A model generated the notes under the pieces. The model saw nothing but the letters and a program-made list of their open reading frames with translations, was not told where the DNA came from and ran no database searches. A program made the translations under genes and the position numbers. Positions 61,286 to 64,000 of a DNA stretch of 64,000 nt are shown here, piece after piece. The stretch is taken from assembly GCA_963693365.1 (NCBI GenBank), contig CAVNZM010000007.1:6445962-6509961 (forward strand), written 5' to 3'. Positions within the stretch are counted from its first letter, which is position 1; each line of letters starts with the position of its first letter. This DNA comes from Amoebidium appalachense (lineage: Eukaryota > Protista > Ichthyosporea).

Positions 61286-61936
61286 GTGGGGGGGGGGGGG
61301 GGGGGGTTTGAATGCGGAACACGGTACGAAGTACGCATACACGAAGGACACATGCAAAGGCAAACATTCAAGTATGCAACATAGCCATGCGCACAGTATG
61401 CGTCATAAGCAGAGCCCATCCTCAGGGAGGGCCCAAGTCATCAATTGCGTCTGAGTTTCGACCCCTTAGCCCGCGTATATACGACTCTCCAACTCAGACA
61501 GCAGCATCAACTGAACTTGGGAGGGTCAACCCGTCTTGATCAAAGACGAGCAGGGTTGCTTATGCAAGCGAGGTGAGCAAAACGGTGAATATGTGTGTGC
61601 AAACTAATGCAGTGCAGCGAAAAATGCGTATGTGCTTACAGATGCACGACACAGAGCAACCATGCCCGGTTGCATGGAAGTAAAGCGGTCTCGGGGGATG
61701 TATGGGTTAGAGGTTTGGAAACATGGAAGAGGCAACAGAGGACAAACTAAAAAAAGTCACAAAAATGAGAAACCCGAAATCAAACGATTGAAGCGCGCAG
61801 GCAGAAGACACTTGAACAGAGCCCATCACCAGGGGGGTTCCTATGCCGCCACACAAGCATCGGTTTCGACTCATTAACTTCTTGCGCATTGGGAGGTGGT
61901 GGGGAAGGGAGCGTGTGTGCTGTGTGTGTGTGTGGG

Positions 61937-61978
<42 letters not shown>

Positions 61979-61989
61979 CATATGTGTGT

Positions 61990-62020
<31 letters not shown>

Positions 62021-62765
62021 GGGAGGTTGGGTGCGTGTGTGTGTGTTATGTGCATGAGTGAGTGTACATGCATGTGGGTGCATGTGTGTGTCTCAGTGTG
62101 CACGTTGGAAACTACATGACAAAGGGGAATCCGTAACCGACATGCACGACACTTATGCAGATGTATGTTTCCACACGTGCGCTTGTATGCGTATGGATGT
62201 ACCGTGTACATCGGAAAAACAGGTGTGCGCAAGAGTATATCTGTGCACGTGGATTGCTTCATGTGTATGTGTCTGTGTTCTGGTAAAACGAGTGCGCCAC
62301 CCAGGTGATATAACCGGAGGAAAGAAAGGTTGGTATGAGTGGACAGAATACAAGGGCACGAACACACTGTGTTAACTGGGAAAGACACCTAAAGTACCAC
62401 CGGAGGGGGGGGGGGGGGGGCTGTTACAATGCGGTGCAGAGTGCAAAGTACACATAAACGAAGGAAAACACAACGTGGATCATGGGGAAAAAAGATCACA
62501 CACAAGAGTGTGATCATTGGAAAGGGCTTTATGGAGGAGAGAAGGGAGGAGGAGGTGGGATGAGAGGAGGAGCGAGGAGGAGGAGGGGGAGGAGGAGGGG
62601 GGGAGGGGGGGGGGGGGGGGGGGGTAATTTCAAGGGAATATCAATAAAGTCATTACAAAAAAAAAAAAAAAAAAGGGCCGAAAAACAAAAGGATACAAGA
62701 CAGAAAATGCAGTTCACTTAAGGGACTAGACCTGGGGGCAGACGAGGGAGTGAAAAAAAAAAAAA

Positions 62766-62796
<31 letters not shown>

Positions 62797-63094
62797 AACA
62801 TACGTTCAGGCCTTGGTGAAACTGGGTACCCCGTTGACGGCAGATGATGTTACCGGGAACCACATACTCTCCTAAAAAGGAAATGGAATGTCAGATAGCA
62901 ACACATGCTCTCCTGAACAGAAATGAAATGTCAGATAGAAGGCTTGCTTGCCTAAAAAGGAACAGGGTTTAGACTCGTCTGCACCTCTGCAGAGGCAAAT
63001 CGATTGGAGCACATAATAATCAGGGCACAGACACACACACTCGCGCGCACGCACACACACAACACACACACACACACGCACACGCACACGCGCG

Positions 63095-63157
<63 letters not shown>

Positions 63158-63209
63158 CACATAATAATCGGGGAACAGACACACACACTCGCGCGCACGC
63201 ACACACACA

Positions 63210-63241
<32 letters not shown>

Positions 63242-63785
63242 AGAGAGAGAGGGGAGAGAGAGAGAGAGAGTGTGTGTGTGCTTGTGTGTGCTGTGTGTGT
63301 GTGTGTTGTGTGTGTGTGTGTGTGTGCGCGCGCGGAAAGAAGTGTTTGGTGTACGTTCCCAACCTGCACATGCATGCAAGTGACACACAGTGAATCATCC
63401 CCATCCCCCCCCCCCCCCCCCCCCCTCCTCCCCCCCCCCCCCTCCCACCACCACCATCATCACCTAGAGACACAATGAATTACACACACGCGCGCGCACG
63501 CACAAGACAGAAGAAAGCGACGAACAACAACAACAAAAAAAAAAGGGGGGGGGGGGGGGGGGAGGGGGGGGAAACGAAATAGAGGTAGGCGGCGGGGAAA
63601 AGATCCCAGACTAACAAAACAAAGGAACGTTCAAAGAAAAGAGGTTGAAAGCGTAAAAAAAGAAGGATAATCACCCTCAAATTTCTTGATACCCAGACGC
63701 TGGCCGGGACTCTTCCTGCCGTTCTTACTGGACCCCCCGCTCTTCTTGGTGGCCCACCGCCGCTGGAGAATGCACCCCACAGTCG
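60978..63785 (-). CDS. MRPL27: Mitochondrial ribosomal protein bL27 (5' incomplete). Exons: 63785-63675, 62871-62804, 61184-60978
   Basis: [72 protein letters not shown] is the L27 signature. Introns are GT-AG and in phase. The start exon was not found. Confidence 0.95.
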
Positions 63786-64000
63786 CTGTTTAAACCATTT
63801 AAATTATGATTAAAATTTTAATTACATCTGAAAAAATAAATTTGCATAGAACCCAAACAATCAAGTGACACCAGACACAAAACCACCGCGTGATTTGGAC
63901 GTGCACTAGCTCCGGAGGAAAGCTAAAAGTACAGAATGCTGGGAGCAAAAAGAAGGGAAAATGGAGGTGAAATTCGAGGGGGGGGGGGGGGGGGGGGGGG

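Overview
Eukaryotic nuclear DNA from an intron-rich genome. The BUD31 sequence is animal-like, which suggests a unicellular holozoan or other opisthokont, but the organism cannot be determined from this window. Most ORF-track entries are artefacts of poly-G/poly-C, (CA)n/(GT)n and (GA)n tracts in introns. By reading splice sites and exon phases by hand I reconstructed seven spliced genes: BUD31 (+); a coiled-coil/BTB(KCTD-type)/WD-like gene (-); a membrane-anchored SGNH/PC-esterase-like (GDS...DxxH) gene (-); a ~17-exon ubiquitin-like-domain plus coiled-coil gene (+); a Ctr copper transporter with a signal peptide and two N-terminal YHS-like domains (-); a CX5R dual-specificity phosphatase (-); and mitochondrial bL27 (-, 5' incomplete). 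There is also a possible divergent rhomboid ORF (+). Non-coding content includes two head-to-head copies of a TA-flanked TIR element, several minisatellites and a ~150-bp intronic dispersed repeat. The most notable observations are the YHS-YHS-Ctr architecture, 3' splice sites preceded by (CA)n instead of a polypyrimidine tract, recurrent decayed duplicates of exon/intron junctions, and frame breaks that could be repaired by very short introns. All gene models are manual and lack transcript support.
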